DNA of 64,000 bases from an uncultured Actinomycetes bacterium (GCA_963818225.1 CAWFRO010000003.1:123105-187104); one strand, 5' to 3'. Counted from the first letter of the stretch, positions 19,459-30,290 are shown. Numbers and translations are program-made. Notes: generated from the sequence alone by a model not told the origin.

Positions 19459-22290
19459 TCATGAATAAGCTGACAAGGGAACCCGGTCGAGATCGGACAT
19501 GGCCGCGCGGAGTTCCTTCCGGGAGCTGATGCCGAGCTTGCTGAATACCTTGTGCAAGTGCCACTCGACGGTACGCGGGCTGATGAAAAGCTGGGTACTG
19601 ATATCCGGGTTGCTGTGTCCATTACTGGCCAGCGAAGCGATCTGAGCTTCCTGCGCGGTGAGCTCGCCGGTCGTCTCGATCGTGCGCTTGTGCACGGCCT
19701 CGCCGGCGGCGGCCAGCTCACGGCGGGCGCGTTCGGCAAACCCCGTGATGCCCATCGCGTACAGCATCTCGTGGGCGCTGTGCAGCTGCTCCAGCGCGTC
19801 GCTGCGCCGGCCTTGACGCCGGAGCCATTCGCCGTACAGCAGGTGTGTACGAGCCAGCTCCGTGCGGATACGGGTGCGCCCGAGCCACCCGATCGCCTCG
19901 AGATAGAGCTGCTCGGCTGCCTCGCCGTCGGTCAGCAGCGCGGTTGAACGAGCCTGGATCCCGAGCGCCCAGTTGGTGCCGGCGGCGCTAGTGGCCTCCG
20001 AGAGCTGCCTCAGGGCTCCCGCCGCGCGACCAGGCGACCCGGTCCGAGCCGCCGCTTCGATGAGCTCGACCAGTGCCCAAGTCGCCAATCCTAGCTCGTC
20101 AGGGTCCTCGCTGCCCTGCTCGGCCGCGGCCAGCGCCTCATCGTAGCGGCCCAGGCCGTTGTAGAGCACGGCGGTCGCCCAGGCGGCGGCGGTCAGCCAC
20201 CGTCCTTCTCCGCGCGCCGCCATATCCGTCCTGGCGGCCGCGATGAGCTGGGAGGCTTCGCCCTCCTGGCCCCGCCAGGCGGCGATGAGGGCCAGACCGT
20301 ACTGACCCATCGGGTTACCGGTTGCCCGCCCGGCGGCCTCTGCCTCTTGCGCCATCGAGGCGGCCATGGTGAGCTCACCGGCGGCCAGCCGAACGGCCAT
20401 GCCTTCGGCCAGAGCAACCGGAAGCACAGTCAGCGCGCCCGCCCGGCGGGCCAGTTCGATCAGCCGGGTCGAGAGTTCGTCCCAGCCCTCGTCGTCCCAG
20501 ACCACCTGGGACATACGACAGGCAAACGGCAGCCAGAGCCATGCCTCTTCGCTTGACGCTTGCTCGTCGCGGGCCGCGATCAGCGCTTGTCTCAGCATCG
20601 GGGCACCCGTGGCGTATCCCCCTGTGACCAGTACGGCCAGCCCATCGAGCAGCACGTCGGCGGCACGTGATGGCTCCGGAGCGGGTGGTGCGGCCTGAAC
20701 GGCCTCGGCGACGCGCCGCGTCCCGCCGCGAGGTTCCAGCCGCCCCGCGGTCAGCGCCGCGTCGAACGCGTCACGATAGGCCTCGCGCGCGAGCGCGGCA
20801 TCAAGCGGGTCCAAGAGCTCAGCTGCCTTGAGCAGGAGCAGACCTCGATCTGGGTTGATCGCCATCTGAGCGCGCAACAACTCCGCCCGCGCGTGCCCGA
20901 GCTCATCGAGCGGTCCGGCCTGGGCCATGGCCAGCAGCCGCAGCGCCGCTTCCGGCGCACCAGCCTCATGGTTACGTTGCGCCGCGTCCAGCGCGCGGCG
21001 AGCCCGGCGACGTGGTTCGGGCGTCAGCTCGGCGGCGCGTTCACCGAATGCGGCCGCGGCGGCCAAGCCCCCGTGGGCGCGTGCGTGGCTGGCCGAGCGC
21101 TCTAGCTCGGCGGCGACGTCCTCATTCAGGCTGGGTGACGCGTGAGCATGATGCCAAGCACGCTGGTCGGGATTTACCTGCGGGTCGGTGGCCTGCGCGA
21201 GAGCGCGGTGGACGTTCTGGCGCAGCCGTGGGGACGCCGCCTGGTAGATCGCGATCCGGGCTTGCGGGCCACAAAAGCGCACCTGCCCGCTGAATTTGAT
21301 GAGCCCGGCCGCAGCCGCAGGTGCCGCCATCCCGGCCTCGACGCCGAGGTAACTGGCCGCCCGCCATACCGGCACCGGGTCGCCGGTCGGCTCTGCCGCG
21401 GCAATGAGCAGCAGCAGCCGGGTAGCGGAAGGTAGCGATGCCAGCCGCCGCCGGTAACCCTCCTCGATCCGGTGCGGTAGCGTCGGCCCGTCGGGCAGCC
21501 GGAACCCGCCCGCAAGCTCGGCAGGTGCCCCCCCGCTCTGCATCTCCAGCAGCGCCCTCGGGTTACCCCGGGTTTCGGCGACAATCCGATCGCGTACCCG
21601 CTCATCAAGCGGGCCGATGACGATCGAATCCAGTAGGGCCCGCGCATCGCTGTCGGCTAGCCCGCTGACCTGCAGTTCCGGCAGTCCCGTCAGATCCTGC
21701 TGGCCGTCGGGCTGGCGGACGGCGAAGACCACCACGATCGGCGCCTTGGGCAGGTGGCGGGCCACGAATGCCAGGGCCTGTGCCGAGACCCGATCCAGCC
21801 ACTGCGCATCGTCTACCAGACAGATCAACGGCCGCGCCTCGGCTTCATCCGACAGCAGGCTCAAGGTGGCCAGGCCGACCGCGAAGCGCCCTGGCACGTC
21901 GCCGTCCCGCATATTGAACGCGGTCCGCAGGGCCTCACACTGCGGACCGGGAAGCCGCCCGAGCCGGTCCAGGAACGGCGCGCACAGCTGGTGCAATCCA
22001 GCGAAGGCCAACTCCATCTCCGGCTCAGCGCCTGCTATCCGCGCGATACGCCAGCTAGCCGTGCGCTGCACCAGGTAGTCCAGCAGCGAGGTCTTGCCGG
22101 TTCCCGCCTCACCGCGGAGCACCAGGACCTGGCTGTGACCCGACAGCGCACTCGCGATCAGGCGGTCCAGCGTCTCGCGTTCGCTGCGGCGGCCAAACAG
22201 TCTGAGCCCGTGCGCCTCACCGGCTGGCGAGTGTGGCAGTGTGGTGGTCTTGTACAGTTTCATTTCAGCGTCGTGGTTGGCGCTAGGCAT
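19459..22290 (-). CDS. LAL-type regulator paralog (AAA ATPase plus LuxR HTH)
   Basis: 943-aa ORF. Walker A is GEAGTGKTSLL and Walker B is ICLVDDAQWLD. C-terminus is LTAQEAQIASLASNGHSNPDISTQLFISPRTVEWHLHKVFSKLGISSRKEL. About half of residues are identical to the 16105 product by eye. Confidence 0.9.
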   Translation of the reverse strand: MPSANHDAEMKLYKTTTLPHSPAGEAHGLRLFGRRSERETLDRLIASALSGHSQVLVLRGEAGTGKTSLLDYLVQRTASWRIARIAGAEPEMELAFAGLHQLCAPFLDRLGRLPGPQCEALRTAFNMRDGDVPGRFAVGLATLSLLSDEAEARPLICLVDDAQWLDRVSAQALAFVARHLPKAPIVVVFAVRQPDGQQDLTGLPELQVSGLADSDARALLDSIVIGPLDERVRDRIVAETRGNPRALLEMQSGGAPAELAGGFRLPDGPTLPHRIEEGYRRRLASLPSATRLLLLIAAAEPTGDPVPVWRAASYLGVEAGMAAPAAAAGLIKFSGQVRFCGPQARIAIYQAASPRLRQNVHRALAQATDPQVNPDQRAWHHAHASPSLNEDVAAELERSASHARAHGGLAAAAAFGERAAELTPEPRRRARRALDAAQRNHEAGAPEAALRLLAMAQAGPLDELGHARAELLRAQMAINPDRGLLLLKAAELLDPLDAALAREAYRDAFDAALTAGRLEPRGGTRRVAEAVQAAPPAPEPSRAADVLLDGLAVLVTGGYATGAPMLRQALIAARDEQASSEEAWLWLPFACRMSQVVWDDEGWDELSTRLIELARRAGALTVLPVALAEGMAVRLAAGELTMAASMAQEAEAAGRATGNPMGQYGLALIAAWRGQEGEASQLIAAARTDMAARGEGRWLTAAAWATAVLYNGLGRYDEALAAAEQGSEDPDELGLATWALVELIEAAARTGSPGRAAGALRQLSEATSAAGTNWALGIQARSTALLTDGEAAEQLYLEAIGWLGRTRIRTELARTHLLYGEWLRRQGRRSDALEQLHSAHEMLYAMGITGFAERARRELAAAGEAVHKRTIETTGELTAQEAQIASLASNGHSNPDISTQLFISPRTVEWHLHKVFSKLGISSRKELRAAMSDLDRVPLSAYS

Positions 22291-22296
22291 GGGTAC

Positions 22297-23148
22297 TCAT
22301 TCCTTCGGTCCGTTGACCAGGTAACCTCCGCGCCACCAGCTGGTGACCAGCGCCGCGAACTCATCTGCGGCGTCTTCCCAGATAAAGTGGCCCGCGTCGA
22401 TGACGTCGAACTTGTTGTGCGGCAACCGCTTATGGAGAAACTCTGCGTTGACCTGCGGCACGGCAGTGTCCCGTGCGCCGTGGATGATCTGCACCGGAGT
22501 GTCGATCTGCGGAAGCAGGCCCGACAACACCGGCAGCTCGGTCGGGTAGGAACGCACGTAGCGCATCGACTCGGCCATACGGTTGCCCCGGTAACCGGAT
22601 AGGTAGTCCTCGAGGACAGCGTCCGGCAACGTGTCACGGCGGAGACCGCTCAGCGCGTCGGCTACGAGCTGCCGCGAGTCAGCGCATCGGAACTCATCCA
22701 GGCTGGGGGCCTCGACCCAGTCCTTCAGCACCCCGCCGAGCTGGAGCGGAACTGCCGCTGCGCCGTTGCTGACGACCAGGCTGCGCAATCGGCCGGGATG
22801 CCGGGCCGCGGCAAACAACGCCGCCGGGGCCCCGATATCAGGGCCGACGACATGCGGATGATCGAGTCCGAATGCATCGGCGGCGGCGATGACAAACTTG
22901 CCCATCGCCTGCGGAGAAAGCAGCGCGTCACAGCGCTGGGAGTGCCCGAAACCTGGAAGGTCGATGGCGGTCAGATGGGTGTGCTCGGCGAGCCGCCACC
23001 ATATCGGAAGGAAGGCGAGCAGGCTCTCCGGCCATGGGCTTAGGAGGAGGGCGTCATCACTGCCTTCCTCGCTTACAGCGAATCGGATCGTCAGCCCGTC
23101 GATGACGCGGAACTGCATCTCGAAAGGCGCATTCAGCCACATGGTCAC
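22297..23148 (-). CDS. Alpha/beta hydrolase with Asp nucleophile (epoxide hydrolase/dehalogenase-like), directly upstream of the LAL gene
   Basis: SD aggaggg 5 nt before the GTG at 23148 (ATG at 23142 is also possible). Motifs are DLPGFGHS and VVGPDIGAPAAL. The stop is 6 nt before the LAL start, so an operon is likely. Confidence 0.8.
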   Translation of the reverse strand: MTMWLNAPFEMQFRVIDGLTIRFAVSEEGSDDALLLSPWPESLLAFLPIWWRLAEHTHLTAIDLPGFGHSQRCDALLSPQAMGKFVIAAADAFGLDHPHVVGPDIGAPAALFAAARHPGRLRSLVVSNGAAAVPLQLGGVLKDWVEAPSLDEFRCADSRQLVADALSGLRRDTLPDAVLEDYLSGYRGNRMAESMRYVRSYPTELPVLSGLLPQIDTPVQIIHGARDTAVPQVNAEFLHKRLPHNKFDVIDAGHFIWEDAADEFAALVTSWWRGGYLVNGPKE

Positions 23149-23299
23149 GGCGACCCTCCTTTTGCCCTTACGTCTGGCAGCTGCACCATTGCCATCGTCA
23201 TGCCGTCCGGGCCGCGATCGAGTCCGCCAGTGCACAGTGTCAGTGGCTAGTGGCCGGTGAAAACACTGGCTGGCCGACTGGCTAGCGAGACCGGCCGAT

Positions 23300-23490
23300 G
23301 TCAGGGGAACCTCGGGGTCACCGGGAAAGACTTGGTGGAGCTGGCTGCGAGGGCTGATACCGAGCTTCGTGAAGCCCTTGCTGAGGTGTACAGGGCGTCC
23401 GCACGCTGATGAACCGCCGGGCGCCGTCTCTGGGTTCGACAGGCCGCCGCCGCGAGCTAGCCGCGCCACCTGGGTGTGCTGGGCAGTCAG
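23300..23490 (-). pseudogene. Orphan, frameshifted LuxR-HTH fragment (remnant of a further LAL paralog)
   Basis: LTAQHTQVARLARGGGLSNPE / GARRFISVRT (other frame) / VHLSKGFTKLGISPRSQLHQVF parallels the C-termini of the intact LAL proteins. No ATPase part lies upstream. Confidence 0.5.
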
Positions 23491-23696
23491 CGTGTTGCTT
23501 GCCGGCGTCTCACTCGGGGCGGGCCGGGTCTGAGACCAGGGATAACGCTAGGGCCTTTCACGGGTGCGCTCAGCTGTCCGCGGCATGACAGTGGATGCAG
23601 GACCATCTTCGGCGGGAGGGTCAGCCGCCGCTTACCTGAGCGGGCAGGAGCCGAGGTTGGCCGCGAAAGTCGCTACAAATAGGAAGGTCAGCCTGA

Positions 23697-25457
23697 ATGG
23701 ACGAGAAGGTCACTACTAAGAGCAGCGCGCCGACGCCGGAGGTGCCAAGCGTGCTGGATGATCCGATGCGCAACCGGGGGGTGGCGTTCAGCCTGGACGA
23801 GCGGGAGGCGCTGGGACTGACAGGGCGGTTGCCCTCTGCCGTGCTGACCCTCGATGAGCAGGCGCGGCGGGCCTATCAGCAGCTGCAGGTCCAGGAAAGC
23901 GACCTGGCCAAGAACGTATACATGGAACAGCTGCACGACCGCAATGAGGTGCTCTACTTCAAGGTGCTCCTGGATCACCTCGCTGAACTGCTGCCCGTGG
24001 TCTATGACCCAACGGTGGGGGACGCGATCGAGCGGTACTCGCACGAGTACCGGCGGCCACGGGGTCTCTACCTGTCCATTGACCGGCCGGACGATATAGA
24101 GACGGCGTTTGGCACGCTGGGCCTGGGTCCGGGGGATGTGGACCTCATCGTGTGCACCGACGCCGAGGAGATCCTGGGCATCGGCGACTGGGGCGTAGGC
24201 GGCATCCAGATCTCGGTCGGCAAGCTGGCCGTCTACACCGGCGCGGCGGGCATCGACCCCCGGCGTGTCATTCCCGTCTCCCTGGATGTCGGCACCAACA
24301 ACGAGGGGCTGCTGAATGACCCGCTGTACCTGGGCAACCGGCACGCCCGCGTCCGAGGTGAGGCCTACGACGCGTTCATCGAGCGGTACCTGCAGGTGGC
24401 CTCGTCGCTGTTCCCGGACGCCCTGCTGCACTTCGAGGACTTCGGCGCAGGCAACGCGCGGCGGATCCTGCTGTCCTACCGGGACAAGTTCCGGATCTTC
24501 AACGACGACATGCAGGGCACCGGCGCCGTCGTTATGGCGGGACTGTTCAACGCGCTGAAAGTGACCGGCACTCGGTGGCGGGACCAGCGGGTCGTGATCT
24601 TCGGTGGCGGCACCGCCGGGGTCGGCATCGCCGACCAGATCCGCGATCAGATGGCCCGCGACGGGCTGGATCAAGACCAGGCCACCCGGCGGATCTGGAT
24701 CGTCGACTTGCCTGGCCTGCTCTCTGGGGACATGGGCGACGGACTGCTGGACTACCAGCATCCCTACGCCCGCCCGGCCGCCGAGGTCTCCGGCTGGGCC
24801 GCCACGCCGGTGCAAGTGGATCCCTCCGCCGCCACCCGGTGGCCGGAGATGGCGGCGCTGCGGCAGGCCCGGGCCGCCTCGGGCATTATCACGCTCGAGA
24901 CTGTGGTCGAACACGTCAAACCGACCATCCTGGTCGGCGCCTCGACCGCGCATGGCGCGTTCACCCAGGAGATCGTCAAGGCGATGAGCGGTGGTACGGA
25001 GCGGCCGGTCATCTTTCCGATCTCCAATCCGACCTCCCAGATCGAGGCCATGCCGGCTGACATCATCGCCTGGTCCAAGGGCCAGGCGCTGGTGGCCACC
25101 GGCCTGCCGATCTCGCCGGTGGATTATGACGGCGTGCACTACTCGTTCGGTCAAGCCAACAACGCCCTGCTGTACCCGGGGCTGGGCCTGGGCGCCACCG
25201 TGGCGGGCGCCTCTAAGGTGACCGATGGCATGCTGCTGGCCGCGGCCGAGGCGGTAGCCGGCCAGGCCGACGTATCCGCGCCGGGTGCCTCGCTGCTGCC
25301 GGCAGTGGAGAACCTGCGCGCCTCCTCGGCCACCACGGCCATCGCGGTGGCCCGCGCCGCCGCTGTGGACGGCGTCGCCACCACCAAGCCCGATGACCTG
25401 GTGCAGGCGGTACAAGACGCCATGTGGCAGCCGGTCTACCCCCGCGGATCCGACTGA
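23697..25457 (+). CDS. maeA: NAD-dependent malic enzyme (large SfcA/MaeA type)
   Basis: 586 aa. DPMRNRGVAFSLDEREALGLTGRLP, VVYDPTVGDAIERYS, ILGIGDWGVGGIQISVGKLAVYT and FNDDMQGTGAV align with E. coli MaeA motifs. Confidence 0.9.
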   Translation: MDEKVTTKSSAPTPEVPSVLDDPMRNRGVAFSLDEREALGLTGRLPSAVLTLDEQARRAYQQLQVQESDLAKNVYMEQLHDRNEVLYFKVLLDHLAELLPVVYDPTVGDAIERYSHEYRRPRGLYLSIDRPDDIETAFGTLGLGPGDVDLIVCTDAEEILGIGDWGVGGIQISVGKLAVYTGAAGIDPRRVIPVSLDVGTNNEGLLNDPLYLGNRHARVRGEAYDAFIERYLQVASSLFPDALLHFEDFGAGNARRILLSYRDKFRIFNDDMQGTGAVVMAGLFNALKVTGTRWRDQRVVIFGGGTAGVGIADQIRDQMARDGLDQDQATRRIWIVDLPGLLSGDMGDGLLDYQHPYARPAAEVSGWAATPVQVDPSAATRWPEMAALRQARAASGIITLETVVEHVKPTILVGASTAHGAFTQEIVKAMSGGTERPVIFPISNPTSQIEAMPADIIAWSKGQALVATGLPISPVDYDGVHYSFGQANNALLYPGLGLGATVAGASKVTDGMLLAAAEAVAGQADVSAPGASLLPAVENLRASSATTAIAVARAAAVDGVATTKPDDLVQAVQDAMWQPVYPRGSD

Positions 25458-25678
25458 TGGCTGCAGCCTCCAGCGAGCAGCGGCCGAGATCAGCAACTGC
25501 AGTATCCGGGCGGCAGATGCTGCTCGCCTATTTGGCCCCGTTTACCGATCGCGCCGGCGGTACAGCCGGCGCGACCGGCCGCCTAATGCACTGACAAGAT
25601 CGCGGCCCGCATCATGACCCATTACCAGCCGCCCTGCGGCCGCGCCGCGGTCGGCCGTTCATAGGAGGAGTACGCATC

Positions 25679-27156
25679 ATGATGAACGCGAACGAGCAAG
25701 CACCGAAGATCCTCGACCTCCCTATAGGGCTGGATGCCACCGGGACGCGCCGGGAGTTCGACAGCCTGGGCAAGGTGGAGGTGCCCGCGGACCGGTACTG
25801 GGGCGCGCAGACCCAACGCAGCCTGCAGCATTTCAACATCGGTCATGATCGGATGCCGAAGGAGGTCTACCACGCCTACGGGTACGTGAAGAAGGCGGCC
25901 GCCATCGTCAATACCCGGGCGGGCCGCTGCCGGCCTGGAAGGGCGAGCTAATCGAACGGGTGTGCGACGAGGTGATCAGCGGGGCGCTGGATACCGAGTT
26001 CCCGCTGTACGTGTTCCAGACGGGGTCCGGGACTCAGTCGAACATGAACGTGAACGAGGTCATCTCCAACCGGTGCATCCAGCTGGTCGGTGGGACGCTG
26101 GGCTCCCAGCAGCCGATCCATCCGAACGATCACGTGAACATGGGCCAATCCTCCAACGATACGTTCCCCACCGCGATGCACATCGCCGCGCACAAGATGG
26201 CGACGGACAACACGATCCCGGCGCTGAAAAGGCTCCGCGACGCCCTCGACGCTAAGTCGGGGCAATGGGCGGAGGTGGTCAAGATCGGCCGGACGCACCT
26301 GGAGGATGCGGTGCCGCTGACCGTCGGGCAGGAGTGGTCCGGCTATGTCGGTGCGCTGGATGACTCGATCGCCGAGGTGGAGCATGCCACTGCGGGCTTG
26401 CTGGAGGTGGCCATGGGCGGCACCGCGGTCGGCACCGGGCTGAACGCCCCGGCGGGGTTCGGCGAGGAGGTGGCCGCCGAAATCGCCAAAATGACGGGCT
26501 CTGCATACAAGACCGCTGCCAACAAGTTCACCGCCCAGGGCACTCTGGACCGGATGGTGCGCGCGCACGGCGGGCTGAAGGCCGCCGCGGTGACCCTGTT
26601 TAAGATCGCCAACGACCTGCGCTGGCTGGGCTCGGGACCGCGGACCGGGATTCATGAACTGATCTTCCCCGCAAACGAGCCGGGATCCTCTATCATGCCG
26701 GGCAAGGTCAACCCGACCCAGGCCGAGGCCATGCTGATGGTCGCTATCCAGGTCATCGCCGCGGACGTGGCGGTGACTATGGGCGGCGCGGAAGGCAACT
26801 TCGAGCTCAACGCGTTCCGCCCGATCCTGACCGCCAGCTACCTGCACTCGGCGCTGATCATGGCCGACATGTGCGACCACTTCCGCGAGTTCATGGTCGA
26901 GGGCACCAAGCTGAACCAGGCCAAGCTCAAAGAGAACATCGACCGGTCGGTGATGATGGTCACCGCGCTGTCCCCGGTCATCGGCTACGACAAGGCCGCC
27001 GCCATCTCCTACTACGCCATCGATCACGACCTGACCCTCAAGCAGGCCGCGCTGGCCAAGGGCGTGTCCGAGGAACTGTTCAACAAGGTGGTCAACCCGC
27101 TCGCGCTGACCCATGGCGGCTCCGCCGACCTCCCGTCCGGTCAGCAGCGATCGTGA
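25679..27156 (+). pseudogene. fumC: Class II fumarate hydratase, single-base frameshift near 25928
   Basis: Frame 2 reads ...[21 protein letters not shown]...VNTRAGR, then frame 1 reads [41 protein letters not shown]...GSSIMPGKVNPTQAEAM. A c is missing in cgc(c)tg. The gene is otherwise intact. Confidence 0.85.
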
Positions 27157-27195
27157 CATAACTTACGCAGACACCGCTACGGAGCAATCGACTTC

Positions 27196-27470
27196 ATGCC
27201 GCACATGATTTTGCATCTAAGCCGAGTTTGGCCCGGAGACGTATATCTGAATCAATTGCACGACCGGAACGAGATCCCCTGAATGGCAGATAATTACGCA
27301 TCGGGACCGCTGCGCCGCGTGGTCGCCCTCCTGGGCCGATCGCGACTGACTCGCAACGGCAGGAATGCCATAATGTCGCGAGCTCCCGGCCCCAGCTGGC
27401 TGGGCATTCTGGACTGCGGCATGCCGCCGTTGGGAGCCGTCTACGGTGTAGACCATTACAGAGCCGGGCT
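27196..27470 (+). pseudogene. Heavily decayed internal fragment of a malic-enzyme gene
   Basis: GDVYLNQLHDRNEIP parallels KNVYMEQLHDRNEVL of maeA, and WLGILDCGMPPLGAVYGV parallels ILGIGDWGVGGIQISVGKLAVYT. Stops and deletions lie between them. Confidence 0.4.
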
Positions 27471-27721
27471 TTTTTGCAGCACGAGAGTTCAGCGCGCCGC
27501 CGGGTGCCGTAGGATCATGGCGGCGCGACGGCGTTGACGACGCTATCCACTGCGACATCGTGGTAATGGATACAGCTGCGAGTGAGTTGTGCTCATGGCC
27601 GTGCGGAGCCCGCCAATTCCCCGCTGCCGAAGCCAGCGCCGTCCTGCCGCGTCGCCCGTCCGGGAAGTGTGAATGCCAGGAAATTCCGATGCCTGTTCCC
27701 TATGCCACCCGAGGATCGCCA

Positions 27722-28069
27722 ATGAACGCGGACGACAGCGCCAGGCTGCGAGATCTGCTTGCGAACAACCGCACATTGCTGGCCTACATCCGGACCGCGC
27801 TCGCATTCGCCGGGCTCGGCTTCGCGGTCGCCAAGTTCGGGCTGAGCCCGAACATTATGCACGTGTCCGGATACCTGGGGACCTTCACGGTCCTAGTCGG
27901 CCTGCTGGTCACCCTCATCGGTTTCGCGCAGCACCGTGCCGTGCTACGCAAGGTGGAGCCTCCGCTAACGGGATTTGCATCCTTGCGGGTTCCTCATGTT
28001 GCGGCAGCCATCGGCTGCGCACTGGCTTGTGCGGTCCTTGCCGTATATCTTGCGGCCAACGCCACTTAG
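27722..28069 (+). CDS. DUF202/YidH-like membrane protein
   Basis: ATG at 27722. LANNRTLLAYIRTALAFAGLGFAVAKF plus two further TM segments. Confidence 0.65.
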   Translation: MNADDSARLRDLLANNRTLLAYIRTALAFAGLGFAVAKFGLSPNIMHVSGYLGTFTVLVGLLVTLIGFAQHRAVLRKVEPPLTGFASLRVPHVAAAIGCALACAVLAVYLAANAT

Positions 28070-28305
28070 TACTCGGCAACATTTGTTATCTATGAGCCAT
28101 CGGCTCCAGTAGTGACGACTGTGGGCACGGCGGTGGCGTGACCAGGCCAGGGCGTGCGGGATTCCAGAACCCGCCCACTGCTCTTGACCCCGCCGCCTCT
28201 TAACCCGCAGGTACCCGACCTGCCCGGCCCTGCGATCGCCGGTGTAGCGTCGATTTCTAGAGGGCCGCTTGCCGATGGCAGCCCTATGGCCCGGGAGGTG
28301 GGCCG

Positions 28306-30039
28306 ATGGCCCGGACGGTGGCCGAAGGCTTGTGGGAGATGCTGGCGTCGGCGGGGGTGCGGCGATGCTACGGGATCGTCGGCGACGCGCTGAACCCGGT
28401 GATTGACGCGCTGCGGCGCAATGGTTCGGTGGACTTTGTGCACGTGCGCCATGAGGAGTACGGCGTGTTCGCCGCCGTCGCGGAAGCGCGGCTGACCGGT
28501 AACCCCGTGGCAGTGTGCGGCACCGCGGGGCCAGGCGTAACGCATCTCATCAACGGCCTGCTCGATGCCCGGAAGGAACGCGTGCCGGTCATCGCGATCG
28601 CCGGCGACGTCGAGTCGTCACTGCTGGACTCGGACGCCCTGGAGGAGCTGAACCCATACACGTTCTTCGCCACCGCCGCACTATATATCGGGCGGCTGGT
28701 CAACCCGGGGCAGCTGCGGTCCCTGGTGAGCACCGCGATCACCACTGCTATGGCCGAACGGGGCCCGGTGGTCATCTCGCTGCCAGGCGACGTGGCGGTC
28801 GCCGACGCGCCGTCGGTCTCGCTGCGGGTGCCGCTGCCTGCCACGAGCACCGGCGCGGCTTCCGCCGCGGACCTGGCCGCCATGGCCGGCCTGATCAACC
28901 AGGCGGAGACGGTGGCTATTTTCGGCGGGGACGGCTGTGCGCAGGCGCAGGACGAGGTCCGCGAGCTCGCCGCGCGGCTCAAGGCGCCGGTCGGCTACAG
29001 CTTCAAGGGCAAGCCGTGGCTCGAGCACGACAATCCCAACGCGGTCGGCATGACCGGCCTGCTCGGGTACGGCGGCTGCCACGGTGCGATCAACAGCGCC
29101 GACGTGCTGCTGATGCTCGGCACCGACTTCCCCTTCGGCGACTTCCTGCCGGACAAGAAGGTAAAGACTATCCAGGTCGACCGCGACCCCGGGCACATCG
29201 GCCGCCGAGCGCCGCTGGAGCTGGGTGTAGTTGGCGATGTGGCGGCGACGCTGCGCGCGCTGGCGTCGATGGTCCAGGACAAGCACGGCGATCACTTCCT
29301 GCGCGAGCACGTGAGACAGACCGAGCACGCGCGGCGGCGGCTCGGGCACTACGTCACCAAAGGGCCTGGCATCAAGCCGATCCGGCCGGAGTACGTCGCC
29401 GCCGTCCTGAACGAGCTGGCCGACGACGACGCGGTCTTCACCGTGGACACCGGCACGCCCTGCATCTGGGCTGCCCGGCACATCGAGTACGGCCGGGACC
29501 GCCGGATGTTCGGCTCGTTCACCTGGGCGTCCATGGCTAACGCCTCGCCGAACGCCTTCGGCGCCGCACTGTCCTTCCCCGGGCGGCAGGCCATCGCACT
29601 GTGCGGCGACGGCGGCTTCACCATGCTGGGGCTGGGTGACCTGCTGACCCAGGTCCAGCGCAAGGCCCGCGTTGTGAACGTCATCTTCAACAACGGCATG
29701 CTGGATTTCGTCAACCTCGAGCAGCAGGAGGCCGGTTTCGTCCCGTTCGGCACTGATTTCGTGAACCCGGACTTCAGCCAGGTAGCCACGGCGCTCGGCG
29801 CCCGCGGCATCCGCGTCGAGGAGCCCGGCGACGTGCGCGACGCCCTGCGGGCAGCGCTCTCCCACACCGACGGGCCTGTCGTGGTCGACGTGGTGGTGGA
29901 CCGCTACGCGCTCTCCCTGCCCTCCCACGTCCCGGCTGCGACGGCCAAAGGCTTCACGCTCAGCATCGCCAAGCAGGTACTGAGCGGCAAGATGGACGAG
30001 GTCATCGAGACCGTCGAGCACAACGTCCGGCTCCTGTAA
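28306..30039 (+). CDS. poxB: Pyruvate dehydrogenase (quinone)/pyruvate oxidase, TPP-dependent
   Basis: 577 aa. GVRRCYGIVGDALNPVIDAL...RHEEYGVFAAVAEARLTG...CGTAGPGVTHLINGL...PVIAIAGDV...VISLPGDVA runs parallel to E. coli PoxB. Confidence 0.8.
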   Translation: MARTVAEGLWEMLASAGVRRCYGIVGDALNPVIDALRRNGSVDFVHVRHEEYGVFAAVAEARLTGNPVAVCGTAGPGVTHLINGLLDARKERVPVIAIAGDVESSLLDSDALEELNPYTFFATAALYIGRLVNPGQLRSLVSTAITTAMAERGPVVISLPGDVAVADAPSVSLRVPLPATSTGAASAADLAAMAGLINQAETVAIFGGDGCAQAQDEVRELAARLKAPVGYSFKGKPWLEHDNPNAVGMTGLLGYGGCHGAINSADVLLMLGTDFPFGDFLPDKKVKTIQVDRDPGHIGRRAPLELGVVGDVAATLRALASMVQDKHGDHFLREHVRQTEHARRRLGHYVTKGPGIKPIRPEYVAAVLNELADDDAVFTVDTGTPCIWAARHIEYGRDRRMFGSFTWASMANASPNAFGAALSFPGRQAIALCGDGGFTMLGLGDLLTQVQRKARVVNVIFNNGMLDFVNLEQQEAGFVPFGTDFVNPDFSQVATALGARGIRVEEPGDVRDALRAALSHTDGPVVVDVVVDRYALSLPSHVPAATAKGFTLSIAKQVLSGKMDEVIETVEHNVRLL

Positions 30040-30068
30040 CCCCGGCCACCTCGCTGCTGACGGCCGTG

Positions 30069-30205
30069 TAGAACCTGCACCTCCTCGGCCACCACTGCCG
30101 TTGGGGTGGCCCGGGCCACGGCCGCCGACGGGGTGGCCAACACCAAGCCCGAAGACCTGATGCAGGCCGTGCAAGACGCCATGTGGCAGCCGGTCTACCC
30201 CGGAC
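30069..30205 (+). pseudogene. 3'-terminal fragment of a malic-enzyme gene directly after poxB
   Basis: About 84% identical (hand alignment, about 106 nt) to maeA 25315-25445. It encodes ...ADGVANTKPEDLMQAVQDAMWQPVYP, compared with ...VDGVATTKPDDLVQAVQDAMWQPVYP in maeA. Confidence 0.6.
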
Positions 30206-30290
30206 GGAGCCGAATGATGCCCGCACTGACTGGGCCAACGCCGATCACCGGCGGGCGGAAGGCCGGGATGCCGCGCGATCCGTGAGGCGA

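Noticed and set aside
23688-25496. Long antisense or alternate-frame ORFs mirroring real genes (for example 23688-25496, 25948-27159, 28681-30294, 31199-32626, 43718-45106, 44824-46815, 49725-51104, 51104-52447, 55315-56619, 61286-62620, 63255-63965)
   Set aside because: Their composition is Arg/Gly/Pro/Ala/His-rich low complexity, with no SD and no recognisable motifs. Each lies exactly opposite or out of frame to a gene with clear family motifs. This is the expected artefact of about 70% GC DNA.
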